From: an uncultured virus (IMG/VR IMGVR_UViG_3300032073_000001)
Lineage: Duplodnaviria > Heunggongvirae > Uroviricota > Caudoviricetes
Virus record (IMG/VR): IMGVR_UViG_3300032073_000001
Strand: one strand, 5' to 3'
Length of the DNA: 64,000 nucleotides
The notes under the pieces are model-generated. The model was not told where the DNA came from. It saw only the letters and a program-made list of their open reading frames with translations, and made no database searches. Made by a program: the position numbers and the translations under genes. Shown here one piece after another: positions 1 through 10,763 of the stretch (position 1 is its first letter; each line of letters begins with the position of its first letter).

Positions 1-940
1 CGTTAATTGAAACAGTATCTACTGAAAGAGATCCACCTGCCAATTGTCCTGTTGCAGTAATATCAACATCAGATCTTATATCTTTATTAAAATGAAATTC
101 ATCACCTGATGATAGATATTGCATTACCGCATTTGCACCATCGATAGTAATACCTGCACTATTTGCAGCCGAACTTGTCGCTGCTCCTTGTGCCAATACA
201 ATATTTAAATCGTCAATTGTGAGGGTAGTACTGTTAATTGTGGTCTGTGTGCCATTAACAGTTAAATTTCCGCCTATTGTTACATTACTACTAAATGAAG
301 CCGCGCTAGAAAAAGTTGTAGCACTAGAAAAAGTTGTAGCACCTGATATAGTACCTGCTACGTTTATGCCTGTTGAGGTTGTAGTAAGTTTAGTAACATT
401 ATTGTGCATAAGCTCAACAGCGCCATTTGCAACTGCTCTAAGCATTGTCTCTGCACCAGAAGTTTTAAACCTAATATCATCATTAGTTACATTTAAAATA
501 CCTGTATCGCATTGTATAGTACCGGTAGAACCATCATGCTTAATTCGCATATCAACATCTGCACCAAAGAACAGAGTAGCTCCGTCATGGCTCATGTTGA
601 TTGTTCCAGTTGATGTTATATTAGTAACATCTAAACCACCTATAATATTTACTCCTGCAGCATCTGTTTCTAATTTTTTAACGTTGTTATGATAAAGTTC
701 TACAGCACCATCTCCAAGAAACTTAGCATAATCTTCTGATCCACCAGGCTTTCTAAAAATATGATTATATGCCTCTAGTATCAAATATGTTGATGAACTA
801 TCAATTCTATCTTGGTTCGAACCATTATGATAAATCTGCAAATCATTACCAGCACCAAGTTTAATCTTAGTACTATCTGCAAGAGACACATCTGTAGTAA
901 GAGTATCGATTCCAGTTGATTTTATTTTTGTTAATGCCAT
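1..940 (-). CDS. Tail fibre-like virion protein (5' part; runs off window start)
   Basis: ATG at 940, 5 nt after TATAAATA. Reads MALTKIKSTGIDTLTTDVSLADSTKIKLGAGNDLQIYHNG, sharing the MALTK start and GxGNDLQIYH module with neighbouring fibres. Absent from the ORF track because it is truncated. Confidence 0.8.
   Translation of the reverse strand, partial: MALTKIKSTGIDTLTTDVSLADSTKIKLGAGNDLQIYHNGSNQDRIDSSSTYLILEAYNHIFRKPGGSEDYAKFLGDGAVELYHNNVKKLETDAAGVNIIGGLDVTNITSTGTINMSHDGATLFFGADVDMRIKHDGSTGTIQCDTGILNVTNDDIRFKTSGAETMLRAVANGAVELMHNNVTKLTTTSTGINVAGTISGATTFSSATTFSSAASFSSNVTIGGNLTVNGTQTTINSTTLTIDDLNIVLAQGAATSSAANSAGITIDGANAVMQYLSSGDEFHFNKDIRSDVDITATGQLAGGSLSVDTVSIN
306..341. repeat. Exact 18-bp tandem duplication (CTAGAAAAAGTTGTAGCA x2) inside fibre gene
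   Basis: Seen directly; encodes ATTFSS twice on the minus strand. Confidence 0.9.
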
Positions 941-945
941 AGTAC

Positions 946-953
946 TATTTATA
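946..953 (-). promoter_or_regulatory. T4-type late promoter TATAAATA
   Basis: Exact consensus, 5 nt upstream of ATG at 940. Confidence 0.85.
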
Positions 954-955
954 CC

Positions 956-1165
956 TTATTTTAAAACACATTTACCGTCTGTATCGATTTCATGAGTTGT
1001 GTTTATAGTATCAGATACTTCTTCGAATGTTTTTAAAGGATCTGTCCAATCAACTTTATTTGTAGAAATATTATGTGTATCATTTTCTACAAATCCTGTA
1101 TTATCTTCTGCCATAAATCCAATTATAGATTTATTTGATTTTTTATATATCATATATATTTTCAT
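956..1165 (-). CDS. Small hypothetical protein, possible fibre chaperone/accessory
   Basis: 69 aa; start overlaps the stop of the 964-aa fibre (TAATG coupling). Confidence 0.65.
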   Translation of the reverse strand: MKIYMIYKKSNKSIIGFMAEDNTGFVENDTHNISTNKVDWTDPLKTFEEVSDTINTTHEIDTDGKCVLK

Positions 1166-4059
1166 TATAATATACCTCTTCCATCGTGTACACTCAACGC
1201 GCTAACATTACTCGGTTGATGATTGTTTGTTGATTCTGTTCCTAAGAAATGCAATTTTTGTGGATAGTTCCTCGAAGCTCCTGTACCACCAATATATTTT
1301 GCATACATTGTAAATATTGGTTCGCGCGAAGCATGAACTACTTTCATAAAGATTGCTCCAGCAGCATAACCAAAACTACTAGAATTACCATAATAGAAAG
1401 AGGTACTTAATGAAGTAGTATAAGCTCCAACGTTTGCAGTATATGCATACCATCTAGATATTGAAGTGTTTTGCAATCCACCTGCAGTTGAGATAGAACC
1501 ATGTTCATTCGGTAAATTTAAAAAGAATTTTTCGACTGCACTACCAGCTGCATGCATACCACTTACTTGATTATGTATTTCTAAAAATCCAGGAGTACCT
1601 GTTCCTGACCAACCACCCGGTACATCAAATCGATACCATGAAGTCATAGCGGTTTGTGTTCCGCCTGATGGAGCAACAGCTTTCGTTGAATGAACCCATT
1701 CTTGAACAGATCCACCGTTTGCTCCTCGAAGCATTAATATTGGTTCTTCTGCTCCAGTTGCATCATCAGAATCTGTGGCATCTTCGGTTTCGTTAAATCC
1801 TCTTACTTCTAATTTTGCACCACCGGTTGCAGTAGTAGAAGGACCTACCATCACTTTGCCATTTTCGTGCCATGACATTGCCTTTGTTCCACCAGAAATA
1901 CCTACATCTAAATAATCGTCTGAACCACTTCCTGACCTTGCTCCCCAACTCCACGCTTCATTTCCGCTATGTGTGATGTGATGATAGTCACCTCCTCCCG
2001 ATGAAACAGTTTGGACAAGATCGATATCTGTATTTAATTTTAATTGAGCTCCTACAATTTGGACTTTAGTATTACCTGCAAGGCCAAAATAAATACCATT
2101 TGAGTTATAGGCCTGAATGGATAATGGTCTTGATGCATCTGCTTCGATCCTATGGTTTGAACCATCCCATTGACCCATATAAATTCCATCATTTCCGTTC
2201 TTAATAAATAAACGATTATAGAATTGTGAGTCTGTTGCACCTGCGGTAACTTTACCAGTTAATGTTAATCCTGTGCTGTTAAGAGTTGCTGCTAAAGAAT
2301 TATTTGGTTTAAATTCAAAATAATTAGCTCTAAGTTCCATTGGTTTCCATGAACTCCAATTGGTTCCTTGAGTTTGTATAATTCCTGATGTTGTACCGTT
2401 AGCAGATATATTCCACATTACATTTGTACCATCATCTAAATGAACATATTTTCCACTTACAGAATTACCAACATATAATTGTCCGTTTGTGTTTGGCGTA
2501 ACATTAACACCAATAGCAACTTTTCCATCATAACTAATTCTAAGTTTCTGAGAATTTACACCAGCTGTACTTGTATCAAACGCCATTCCGGAAGATATAT
2601 TAGTTCCTGAATTAACTTCAGCAACTGACCTTATACCACCAGTATTTTGATTAACTCCATTATTTCTTTCAGCTTGGAATCTAATTTCTCCACCAAAACC
2701 TACAGTAGTAGTTCCAGTAGATAAGTTTGTAATCATTAAACTATTAACTGCGCTATTAGTTGTGCTGTCATTAGTTTGAATATGTAATGCTGAACTTGGA
2801 GAAGCTGTTCCGATACCTACATTTTGCGTTTCCATTATAATATTTGCTGATGAACCAGATGCTAAAGTTAAATTTTGACCACTTGAAAAATAGCCAGACC
2901 TAATTTTTCTTGTTGCAACACCTTCATTATTATCTACTCTGACCGCTCCATCTACATGAAGTTTTATACCTGCAGCTGGAGAAGCTATTCCAATACCGAC
3001 GTTGCCCGAAGTATCAAAGTTTAATGCATTTACAAAACCCCCAGACCCAGCATTATATCCTAAGTAACCGTGATTTGTGTCAGCGTCTAATCCTAAAAAT
3101 GCATATCGAATGGCATTATTTGCTGTGTTTCTACCAATTATACGAATTGAAGGATCATCAATACTTGAATTATTATCTCCAAAAATCGCTTGAACATCTG
3201 TACTTGCTTTGGCCACCATTAACGGTGCAGTTGTTGCGCTTGCAATTGCAAGAGCTCCTATATTTACATTACCGGCATTATCTATTTTTATTCTTCTTGT
3301 ATCACCAGTTATTAACGATATTGCATGAGATGTTGTTGTACCGAATTCCATATCAGTAGTTGCATCAGCATAAATTATTTTTGCTGCTACTGCACCCCCG
3401 TCCCTTCTAAATTCTGCTAATGATTCATCTTGACCACCTGTATATGTACTTGAAAATACTGGTGAATCTAAAGGAGCTTTTCCTGCGATTAAATTATTAA
3501 CAGTACCAACATAGTTAGCATCATCATTAATAGATGCTGCGATTTCATTAAGTGTATCTAAAGTTGAAGGAGCACCACCAATAAGAGCAGTGATTGCAGC
3601 ATCTGTATAAGCTGTCGTTGCTATTGTGGTATTATTTGTTCCTGCAGATTGAGTAGTTCCCGTTACGGTACTTGCAAGTGCACCAGTGATTGTACCGGTG
3701 ACAGTTATTCCTGCCGATGTTGTTTCTAATTTTTTATTATTATCGTGATATAATTCTACTGATCCATTTTCATAAGCAGTAATCATTTGTTCGTTATACG
3801 CGGCATTTTTTATAGATAGAGCATTAGAAGCCAGAACAAGACCACCAGTGCCATTATCAATTATCCAAGAACCACCACCATCATGTGTTATTAATAAATC
3901 TGAACTATCCCCAAGTTTTATATAATCATTATCGCCCAGATTTAAATGGCCAGATAATGTTACATTTTCTGAACTGTCAATTGTAATAGCTGTAGCGTTG
4001 CCTCCATCGACAATACTTGGTGTGCTACTTAAATGTTTTACTACTTTTGTTAATGCCAT
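1165..4059 (-). CDS. Tail fibre / receptor-binding protein
   Basis: 964 aa, G/S/T/N-rich, repeated GNVGIG motifs, APSTLDTLNEIAA coiled segment typical of phage fibres. Confidence 0.8.
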   Translation of the reverse strand: MALTKVVKHLSSTPSIVDGGNATAITIDSSENVTLSGHLNLGDNDYIKLGDSSDLLITHDGGGSWIIDNGTGGLVLASNALSIKNAAYNEQMITAYENGSVELYHDNNKKLETTSAGITVTGTITGALASTVTGTTQSAGTNNTTIATTAYTDAAITALIGGAPSTLDTLNEIAASINDDANYVGTVNNLIAGKAPLDSPVFSSTYTGGQDESLAEFRRDGGAVAAKIIYADATTDMEFGTTTSHAISLITGDTRRIKIDNAGNVNIGALAIASATTAPLMVAKASTDVQAIFGDNNSSIDDPSIRIIGRNTANNAIRYAFLGLDADTNHGYLGYNAGSGGFVNALNFDTSGNVGIGIASPAAGIKLHVDGAVRVDNNEGVATRKIRSGYFSSGQNLTLASGSSANIIMETQNVGIGTASPSSALHIQTNDSTTNSAVNSLMITNLSTGTTTVGFGGEIRFQAERNNGVNQNTGGIRSVAEVNSGTNISSGMAFDTSTAGVNSQKLRISYDGKVAIGVNVTPNTNGQLYVGNSVSGKYVHLDDGTNVMWNISANGTTSGIIQTQGTNWSSWKPMELRANYFEFKPNNSLAATLNSTGLTLTGKVTAGATDSQFYNRLFIKNGNDGIYMGQWDGSNHRIEADASRPLSIQAYNSNGIYFGLAGNTKVQIVGAQLKLNTDIDLVQTVSSGGGDYHHITHSGNEAWSWGARSGSGSDDYLDVGISGGTKAMSWHENGKVMVGPSTTATGGAKLEVRGFNETEDATDSDDATGAEEPILMLRGANGGSVQEWVHSTKAVAPSGGTQTAMTSWYRFDVPGGWSGTGTPGFLEIHNQVSGMHAAGSAVEKFFLNLPNEHGSISTAGGLQNTSISRWYAYTANVGAYTTSLSTSFYYGNSSSFGYAAGAIFMKVVHASREPIFTMYAKYIGGTGASRNYPQKLHFLGTESTNNHQPSNVSALSVHDGRGIL

Positions 4060-4069
4060 TTTTTATATC

Positions 4070-4318
4070 CTATTCACTGGGTATTACCACAGTTGTATTA
4101 TCTGGATCATTCATCCTATCATACATGTCTTGTTGTGTTACTGTTGTTATCTTACCGTCTACAAGTTCATACGTAATTGTCGTATCTAAATGCTCAACAG
4201 TTGTATGGGTACTTCCAGTTGGATGTGCTCCTAACAACTCAGAACCATTATCTACTTCATTTACATAAATCGCCAAAACCTTATTTGCCTTTATTATTAT
4301 ATGTGCGTATTGTTTCAT
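4070..4318 (-). CDS. Small hypothetical protein, possible fibre chaperone/accessory
   Basis: 82 aa, AAGGA RBS, directly after the 1045-aa fibre. Confidence 0.65.
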   Translation of the reverse strand: MKQYAHIIIKANKVLAIYVNEVDNGSELLGAHPTGSTHTTVEHLDTTITYELVDGKITTVTQQDMYDRMNDPDNTTVVIPSE

Positions 4319-4327
4319 AATTATTCC

Positions 4328-7300
4328 TTAAGCTACCATTATTCCACGACCTTCGCCAACTGATATTGTTTTAAAGTGATACTTACCGCCATTAGTATAT
4401 CCATCAATAGCAGATGATGAAACTCCAGATGAATAATATCTATTAGCTCCGTAAGATATTTCTGTTACTACGTAATCTCTTTGATATGCACCGCCAGAAG
4501 TAAAAGTTAATTCACATTTATAAATGTTTTGGCCTGAGTGGTCTGTTCCAGTGTCGACTGAACTGCCTTTAGTAATCGAAGGAACATTTACGCCAAAACT
4601 AGAAGAAGTACCATTATATTGTACTTCTTGTAAAGACGTAGAACTTCCTGCCATTCTAAATAGATATTCTCTATATGTACCACTATAATACGTTGTATAT
4701 ACTCTAAACTTACACAGTGCATATTCTCCCCAATGTCCTGAACTATATACAGTTAAAAATTGTGTAGAAGCTGGGCCACTACTTGGAGAAGCCACTGAAG
4801 GTGTTCTAAATATTGCATGAGTACCAAATCCAGCACCGTTAGCACCAAGATAATTTCCTCCTATATCATATTGACCAGCTGATGATGCTCCGGGTGCATC
4901 ATGAGTTCTTACATATCTTGCTGTAACAACATTCTTATGATTGACTACGACACCATTATTACCACCATTACCAAGAGCAATTATGTTATCATCTTGATCA
5001 GAACCAGGACTTGCTGTTAATCCATGATATGATAATGTACCATTATTTGCTTTGGCTTTCAGCTGCAGTGCAATAACATCTCCATTAGTATTACCTTCGA
5101 GCATTAATGCCGGTTGAGAGCTCGTTGCTCCGTCAATATGTAATTTTGCAGCTGCTCCGCCATTGGGCCCGCCCATAGATATTCTATTATTACCACCATC
5201 AAGTCTCATTATTTCTGTATTATAAGACTTAAATACATGATCTCCTGCAGTACCATTAGCCGATGTTGTTGTATAAGCAATATCTCTTACTGCACTAATG
5301 TAAATATGTGCGTTAGCATCTTCTGTTTTTATTTCTAAAATTCCATCAGATACTAAAATTGCATTACTAGTACCATTAGCTCCGCAATTTCTAAATCTCA
5401 TTGTTCGTGATGTATTAGCACTACCATCTATTCTAAATACCTCACCATCTCCAAAAACAGATAACTTAGAATTAATAGCAGATGTCATTCCAATACCAAC
5501 ATTGCCACCATGAGGATTTAATACAATTTGTTTTGCTGTAGGAGTTCCCGCCATATTTGTTGCTTGAAGAGCCGAATAACTACCATTACCACCAAAATTT
5601 AAATACGAACCAGAACCTCTATTAAGTATTGATAATGCATAATGAGTATTAAACTCACCTAAGTTAGCTGCATTACTTCCTGATGTTCTATTTATGAAAG
5701 CAGTTTTAGCTTCAGATGATTCAACATGGAAAGGATGACTCGGAGAAACACTTGGACCTACACCAACTTTACCATTTTTTATGGCCATTGATGAACCAGT
5801 GCCTGAACCCGCTTGGAAGTCCATTCGATCACCATTATGAACGTATTGTATTCTACCAGCTACGGTACTACCTTGATCCTTAAATCTAATTACTGCATTT
5901 CTATTTGCTGCGGCACTATCAAAAATTAAAGTAGGATCACCGCCTGTAGTAGATTTTATATTTATAGTTGCATCACCACTACCAGTTTTTAGTATGTCTA
6001 ATAAGTGAGCTGGGGCCGTCTGGCCCATACCAATATCGCCATTATTTCTTATAAAAAAGCCACTATTACCTGGAGTGTATACACCAAGTGCATATCTAGT
6101 ATCTGTAGCACCACCTGCACCACTGTTATCAATTCTTAAACCGTAACCACCAGCACTTCTTACGTTCTTAAACTCTCCAACCCAAGTATCAGCATCTTCT
6201 TCTACATGTAACTTAAGGTTTGGTGAATCAGTTCCGATACCAACTTTGCCTACATCAGTGACAACCATCAGTCTTGTGTTATCAGTTACATTTCTGAACC
6301 ATAAATTATTGTTAGTTAAACCTGTTGCTCCACCACCAACAGAATATACTTTACTACCTTGTGTGTTCTCAAATAAAATATGAGATTGATCACCTGTTGC
6401 TGTACCACCTTTAATATGTAATTTACCATCAGGAGAAGTTTCTCCGATACCAACATTACCATTATTGTCTTGAGCCAATCCAACACTAAATGTATTGGCC
6501 GCATTTTTTGTAATAAATCGCATGGTTGTACCAGCACCATTACCTACGTTAGCTACAAAGTCTGCATAACGCATATATTCATTACCACTACCACTTACTG
6601 CATAATAATGATTTAAGATTAAACCGGCCGGATCACCGTTATGTGTATATGTTCTTACTGCAGGTGAAACTCCTTCAGTGTCTGCTACAGAAAATTGATT
6701 ACCAGCGTTATTATTGTCTCTTTCTATTTGTAGCCATGCATCTGGTGTTGCTGTTCCAACACCGAAGTTTCCTCCATTATCCATGACAATATTACCGGCC
6801 GCGGTAAATCTTAATTTATATGCACCGGTTTGGCCCATATATAATTCATCACCACTCGCGGTATAGATGGCCATCGCATCTGTTCCGGCATTACCTATCG
6901 TCAAACCTGAGTCTGAATCTGGATTAAATGTTACTAATCCAGTAAATGTTGGTGCTGATAATGGAGCCTTTAATGCAAGTGCGGAATTAATTGTACCGAC
7001 ATAGTTAGGATCATCGTTAACCGCTGCAGCGATTTCGTTAAGAGTGTTAAGAGTACCTGGAGCTCCGTCAATTAAATTGTTAACTGCTCTTGTAACAAAT
7101 TCTGTTGTAGCAAAGGCAGTATTATTACTAGATACTCCTTGAGTTACAGAATTACCTGTCCAAACACCAGTAAGAGCACCACCACTACTTGATGTTGCTA
7201 ATTTTACATTTGCATTATGGTATAATCTTGTTTCACCATCATGTATGACTACAAATCTTGCGTGGTCATTTGATGCGTCAGTAATATGAAAGTCGTTTGT

Positions 7301-7465
7301 TTGTACGTTGAAATTGCCTGTGCCGGCACGAAGTCTAAAATGAGAACCGTCATGATGAATTGTTCCATCATTCCCATCTCCCAATTGTATTTGTTTATTA
7401 TCAGGTAATGAAATATGATCTCCTACTTCGAGACCATTTTTTACTTTAAAATCTTTATCTGCCAC
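4328..7465 (-). CDS. Tail fibre / receptor-binding protein
   Basis: 1045 aa, GTG start with GGAGAG RBS, DFKVKNGL N-terminus, many GxVGIG repeats, APGTLNTLNEIAAA segment. Confidence 0.8.
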   Translation of the reverse strand: MADKDFKVKNGLEVGDHISLPDNKQIQLGDGNDGTIHHDGSHFRLRAGTGNFNVQTNDFHITDASNDHARFVVIHDGETRLYHNANVKLATSSSGGALTGVWTGNSVTQGVSSNNTAFATTEFVTRAVNNLIDGAPGTLNTLNEIAAAVNDDPNYVGTINSALALKAPLSAPTFTGLVTFNPDSDSGLTIGNAGTDAMAIYTASGDELYMGQTGAYKLRFTAAGNIVMDNGGNFGVGTATPDAWLQIERDNNNAGNQFSVADTEGVSPAVRTYTHNGDPAGLILNHYYAVSGSGNEYMRYADFVANVGNGAGTTMRFITKNAANTFSVGLAQDNNGNVGIGETSPDGKLHIKGGTATGDQSHILFENTQGSKVYSVGGGATGLTNNNLWFRNVTDNTRLMVVTDVGKVGIGTDSPNLKLHVEEDADTWVGEFKNVRSAGGYGLRIDNSGAGGATDTRYALGVYTPGNSGFFIRNNGDIGMGQTAPAHLLDILKTGSGDATINIKSTTGGDPTLIFDSAAANRNAVIRFKDQGSTVAGRIQYVHNGDRMDFQAGSGTGSSMAIKNGKVGVGPSVSPSHPFHVESSEAKTAFINRTSGSNAANLGEFNTHYALSILNRGSGSYLNFGGNGSYSALQATNMAGTPTAKQIVLNPHGGNVGIGMTSAINSKLSVFGDGEVFRIDGSANTSRTMRFRNCGANGTSNAILVSDGILEIKTEDANAHIYISAVRDIAYTTTSANGTAGDHVFKSYNTEIMRLDGGNNRISMGGPNGGAAAKLHIDGATSSQPALMLEGNTNGDVIALQLKAKANNGTLSYHGLTASPGSDQDDNIIALGNGGNNGVVVNHKNVVTARYVRTHDAPGASSAGQYDIGGNYLGANGAGFGTHAIFRTPSVASPSSGPASTQFLTVYSSGHWGEYALCKFRVYTTYYSGTYREYLFRMAGSSTSLQEVQYNGTSSSFGVNVPSITKGSSVDTGTDHSGQNIYKCELTFTSGGAYQRDYVVTEISYGANRYYSSGVSSSAIDGYTNGGKYHFKTISVGEGRGIMVA

Positions 7466-7504
7466 AGGACTTCACTCTCCATCCGTTTAATGTTTGTATA
7501 GTTC

Positions 7505-7512
7505 TATTTATA
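7505..7512 (-). promoter_or_regulatory. T4-type late promoter TATAAATA
   Basis: Exact consensus in intergenic gap upstream of 4328..7465. Confidence 0.8.
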
Positions 7513-7517
7513 CAAGT

Positions 7518-10500
7518 TTAAACTTTAAGTGCAGAGTATTTGGCTTTTATTGAAAGAGTATTTGTATTAGCAGAAGTGAATTGTAATATCATATTCCCGC
7601 CAGAATATGTAGAAGTAATCGTTCCGTTACTTGCAGATCCAGTATATATTTGACCATATACTGTAGAAGAAGTTGCAGATCCGTTATGTACCATACCAAC
7701 TTCGATGAATTCATAATCAGAACTAGTTGAATCAGAAATAGAAATCTCAACTTTTGCAGATCTGAATGTTGCAGCAGGAAGAGAAAGAATAGTAGTAGCT
7801 GATGTACTATTAATAGATGTTGTTACAGTATTTTGTACTGAATCTGATATTGTGACAGCACCGGCAGAATCCCATGAAGGACCACCAGTTGACATTGAAT
7901 TTGGAACAACAGATCCTTGAGTTGGTACATTTACTGCCGTAACTGTTGGTGTAATAATTTCAATATTTGTTCCTCTTGGTGGAATATTACTTCCACCAAA
8001 TGCGAGAGTTGTTCCGCTTACTGTATATTGACTTTTTTCTTGATACACACCGTCCCAGAATACAAAGCAATTATTTTCAGTTTGAGGATCAACTGTCAAT
8101 ACATATGAATGTGTTGAACCGTTACCTGTAAATATATCAATATTTTGGCCTGTTCCGTTAATACCATTCGTTACACTGTGAATAACAACTTCATCTCCAA
8201 CAACAAGACCAGAATCAAAAGTTAAAGTAGAACCAGAAATAGTATATGAATTTTTATTTTGATATACACCCTCGATAAATACCATTAATGCGTCTTCGCT
8301 TGCAGGTGTTTGACCTATTGAGAATGCCGTTTGGCCTGAAGTTGCAGTATGTAATTGTGTTCCTAATGGATTAGTTGCAGCCGCACCAGAAATCGTAATA
8401 GAATCTGAACCTGCGTCGGTCGTAATTGACATACCGTTACCGGCAACAAGAGTTAAGGTATCTGCAGTTGAATCTGCTACAACACTTGTTTGACCAGATA
8501 CAGCAATGGTTTTAAATGCATTATCTCCTGCAAGTCCCCAACTTAAGTTACCTGAACCATCAGTCTTAAGCGCATATCCTGCAGTTCCATCTGCTGTAGG
8601 TAATACCCATATTTGATTTGCCGATAGTGCAGGAGCTTCAAATCCTACATAATTAGATCCTTCATAGAATCTTAATTCTTTATTTGAACCATCTAATGAA
8701 AGATTATCATTAATAGTAACTGCACCATTAACATCTAATCCAGTTAATGATCCTACTGAAGTTATAGCCGTTTGAGCCGCAGTAGTTACTGTTCCTGCAG
8801 TTGCTGCATTACCAGAAGTATCTTGTGTACCGCTTGCGTTTACACCCGGTAAATTAATATTAGAAGTACCATCAAATGATACACCACCAATTGTTCTTGC
8901 GGTTGCAAGTGCCGTAGCTGTCGCGGCATTACCTGTTGTACTTCCGGAACTTCCAGATACATTACCTGTAACATTACCTACAAGATTTGCTGTAATAGGT
9001 TTATTCGCAAAAAATCTTTGATCAGAATGGCTCCATTCAAATCGAGGTGTTGTACCTGAAGACCATGCACCGAATGTTAATCCAGCTCCATTTGCGGCTG
9101 AACTCGACGTAGCATTTTTACCAACTGTGATATTTAAATCTGCAACTTCTAAAGTTGTACTATTAACACTTGTAGTTGTTCCACTTACTGTTAGATTACC
9201 ACCAACCGTAACATTACCCGTAGTTGTTAATGTGGCTGAATCAATATGGCCAGTGACATCGATACCGTCTGATGCTGTGGCTAGTTTTGCTGAGCCATCA
9301 TAATATAAAGTTACTGCACCATTTGGAGTTGCTACAATACTTTCTTCATCATTCTTAGCTCTTATTCTTATATCATCTGTTCCACCATAAATAAATAAAT
9401 CACCAGTAGAATTTTGTATAGAACTATTTGTGCCATCATGATAAATCTGTAAATCGTTACCGGCACCAAATTTGGCTATAATATTATCTGGGAATGTTGT
9501 ACCGTTTGCATCTAAATAAGATTCAACATCTGAATTACCATATTGAGCAGAACCTGCAACGGTTAAAGTTCCAGCAGCATCGTTATATGTTAAAGTAATT
9601 CCAGTTCCTGCGACTAATAAACCATCAACAATATCTTCGATTTCTTCTTGTGTTTTTCCGGATGAATTAATTGTATAAGTTCCGGCCGCATCATTATATG
9701 ACGTAGTAATATTTGTACCAGCAACTAAAAGAGCATTAACTCTATCATCAACTCTTTCGTTTGTAAAATATAAATTAGATCCTTCTGATAAAGAACCAGT
9801 ATTTGCAGATGCAAGTGAAGAATTAAATCGTGCATTAGTGTAATAAAGATTACTTGAGCCTTCACTCAAATCATCAGTATCTAGACCAGATAAACTTGAA
9901 ACTGTTCCTGCACTACCTGAGGTATTACCTGTTACGTTACCAGTTAAGTTGCCGGTAATAGTACCAGATGCAGAAATTGTATTTGTACTAAAGTTACCTG
10001 ATATTGAAAGGTTAGCAATATTTGTGGCAGTAAGATTGGACGAATGAGTAACAACTTCAACAACTGATCCGTTTGCTGGAGCATTTCCAGATCCAAAGTC
10101 TAATGTTGTTCCTGATACAGTATATGCTGCTTTATTTTGATATACACCATCGATGTATATTAAGGTTTGATTTTCATCTATAGGATTTGTGCTAAGAGTA
10201 AAACTTGTAGATGAACCATCACCTGAAATTTGTTGAACAGTATGATCGCCTGTTCCTATTGTTTTATGCCATGTAACAACTTGAAGTATATCGCTTGTCG
10301 TTGCACCTGCAGTTAAAACAACCGCAATACCATTAGTTGCAGTAAAGTCAGTAGAAGAATCTAAAAGAATACCGTTTAAATATACTTTTATTGCACCTAC
10401 AACATAGCTTAAAGATTGAGAATTAGAATCGTTACCAGAAAAGGATGTTTGGTTATTCGTTGCAACATATCGATATTCTTTTATAATATCTGAAGCTGCT

Positions 10501-10673
10501 GCACTCGAACCACCTACTTCAACTACTGAATCTGTCCCACCGACAGATTTTTTCATGTAAATCTTGCCGTCGTAGGTATTAAGCGCTAACTCACCTAAGT
10601 CTAAATTACTTGTAGTTGGAATGGCACCAGCTGTTGCTGAACGCCTTAATTTGATGTTCGATATACGTGCCAA
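7518..10673 (-). CDS. Tail fibre / virion structural protein
   Basis: 1051 aa, TTG start with AGGAG RBS; N-terminal IKLRRSATAGAIP...LGELALNTYDGKIY fibre-anchor motif; repeated (V/I)xxDGVYQ..Y.VSGTTL modules. Confidence 0.8.
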   Translation of the reverse strand: MARISNIKLRRSATAGAIPTTSNLDLGELALNTYDGKIYMKKSVGGTDSVVEVGGSSAAASDIIKEYRYVATNNQTSFSGNDSNSQSLSYVVGAIKVYLNGILLDSSTDFTATNGIAVVLTAGATTSDILQVVTWHKTIGTGDHTVQQISGDGSSTSFTLSTNPIDENQTLIYIDGVYQNKAAYTVSGTTLDFGSGNAPANGSVVEVVTHSSNLTATNIANLSISGNFSTNTISASGTITGNLTGNVTGNTSGSAGTVSSLSGLDTDDLSEGSSNLYYTNARFNSSLASANTGSLSEGSNLYFTNERVDDRVNALLVAGTNITTSYNDAAGTYTINSSGKTQEEIEDIVDGLLVAGTGITLTYNDAAGTLTVAGSAQYGNSDVESYLDANGTTFPDNIIAKFGAGNDLQIYHDGTNSSIQNSTGDLFIYGGTDDIRIRAKNDEESIVATPNGAVTLYYDGSAKLATASDGIDVTGHIDSATLTTTGNVTVGGNLTVSGTTTSVNSTTLEVADLNITVGKNATSSSAANGAGLTFGAWSSGTTPRFEWSHSDQRFFANKPITANLVGNVTGNVSGSSGSTTGNAATATALATARTIGGVSFDGTSNINLPGVNASGTQDTSGNAATAGTVTTAAQTAITSVGSLTGLDVNGAVTINDNLSLDGSNKELRFYEGSNYVGFEAPALSANQIWVLPTADGTAGYALKTDGSGNLSWGLAGDNAFKTIAVSGQTSVVADSTADTLTLVAGNGMSITTDAGSDSITISGAAATNPLGTQLHTATSGQTAFSIGQTPASEDALMVFIEGVYQNKNSYTISGSTLTFDSGLVVGDEVVIHSVTNGINGTGQNIDIFTGNGSTHSYVLTVDPQTENNCFVFWDGVYQEKSQYTVSGTTLAFGGSNIPPRGTNIEIITPTVTAVNVPTQGSVVPNSMSTGGPSWDSAGAVTISDSVQNTVTTSINSTSATTILSLPAATFRSAKVEISISDSTSSDYEFIEVGMVHNGSATSSTVYGQIYTGSASNGTITSTYSGGNMILQFTSANTNTLSIKAKYSALKV

Positions 10674-10747
10674 TTTTGGCTCCTAATTTCAATCTCTATA
10701 TAGAGTTAATTTAAAAAATGTTTCACCCGTTATATAACGGTTTAATA

Positions 10748-10755
10748 TATTTATA
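10748..10755 (-). promoter_or_regulatory. T4-type late promoter TATAAATA
   Basis: Exact consensus upstream of 7518..10673. Confidence 0.8.
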
Positions 10756-10763
10756 CTAAAAGT

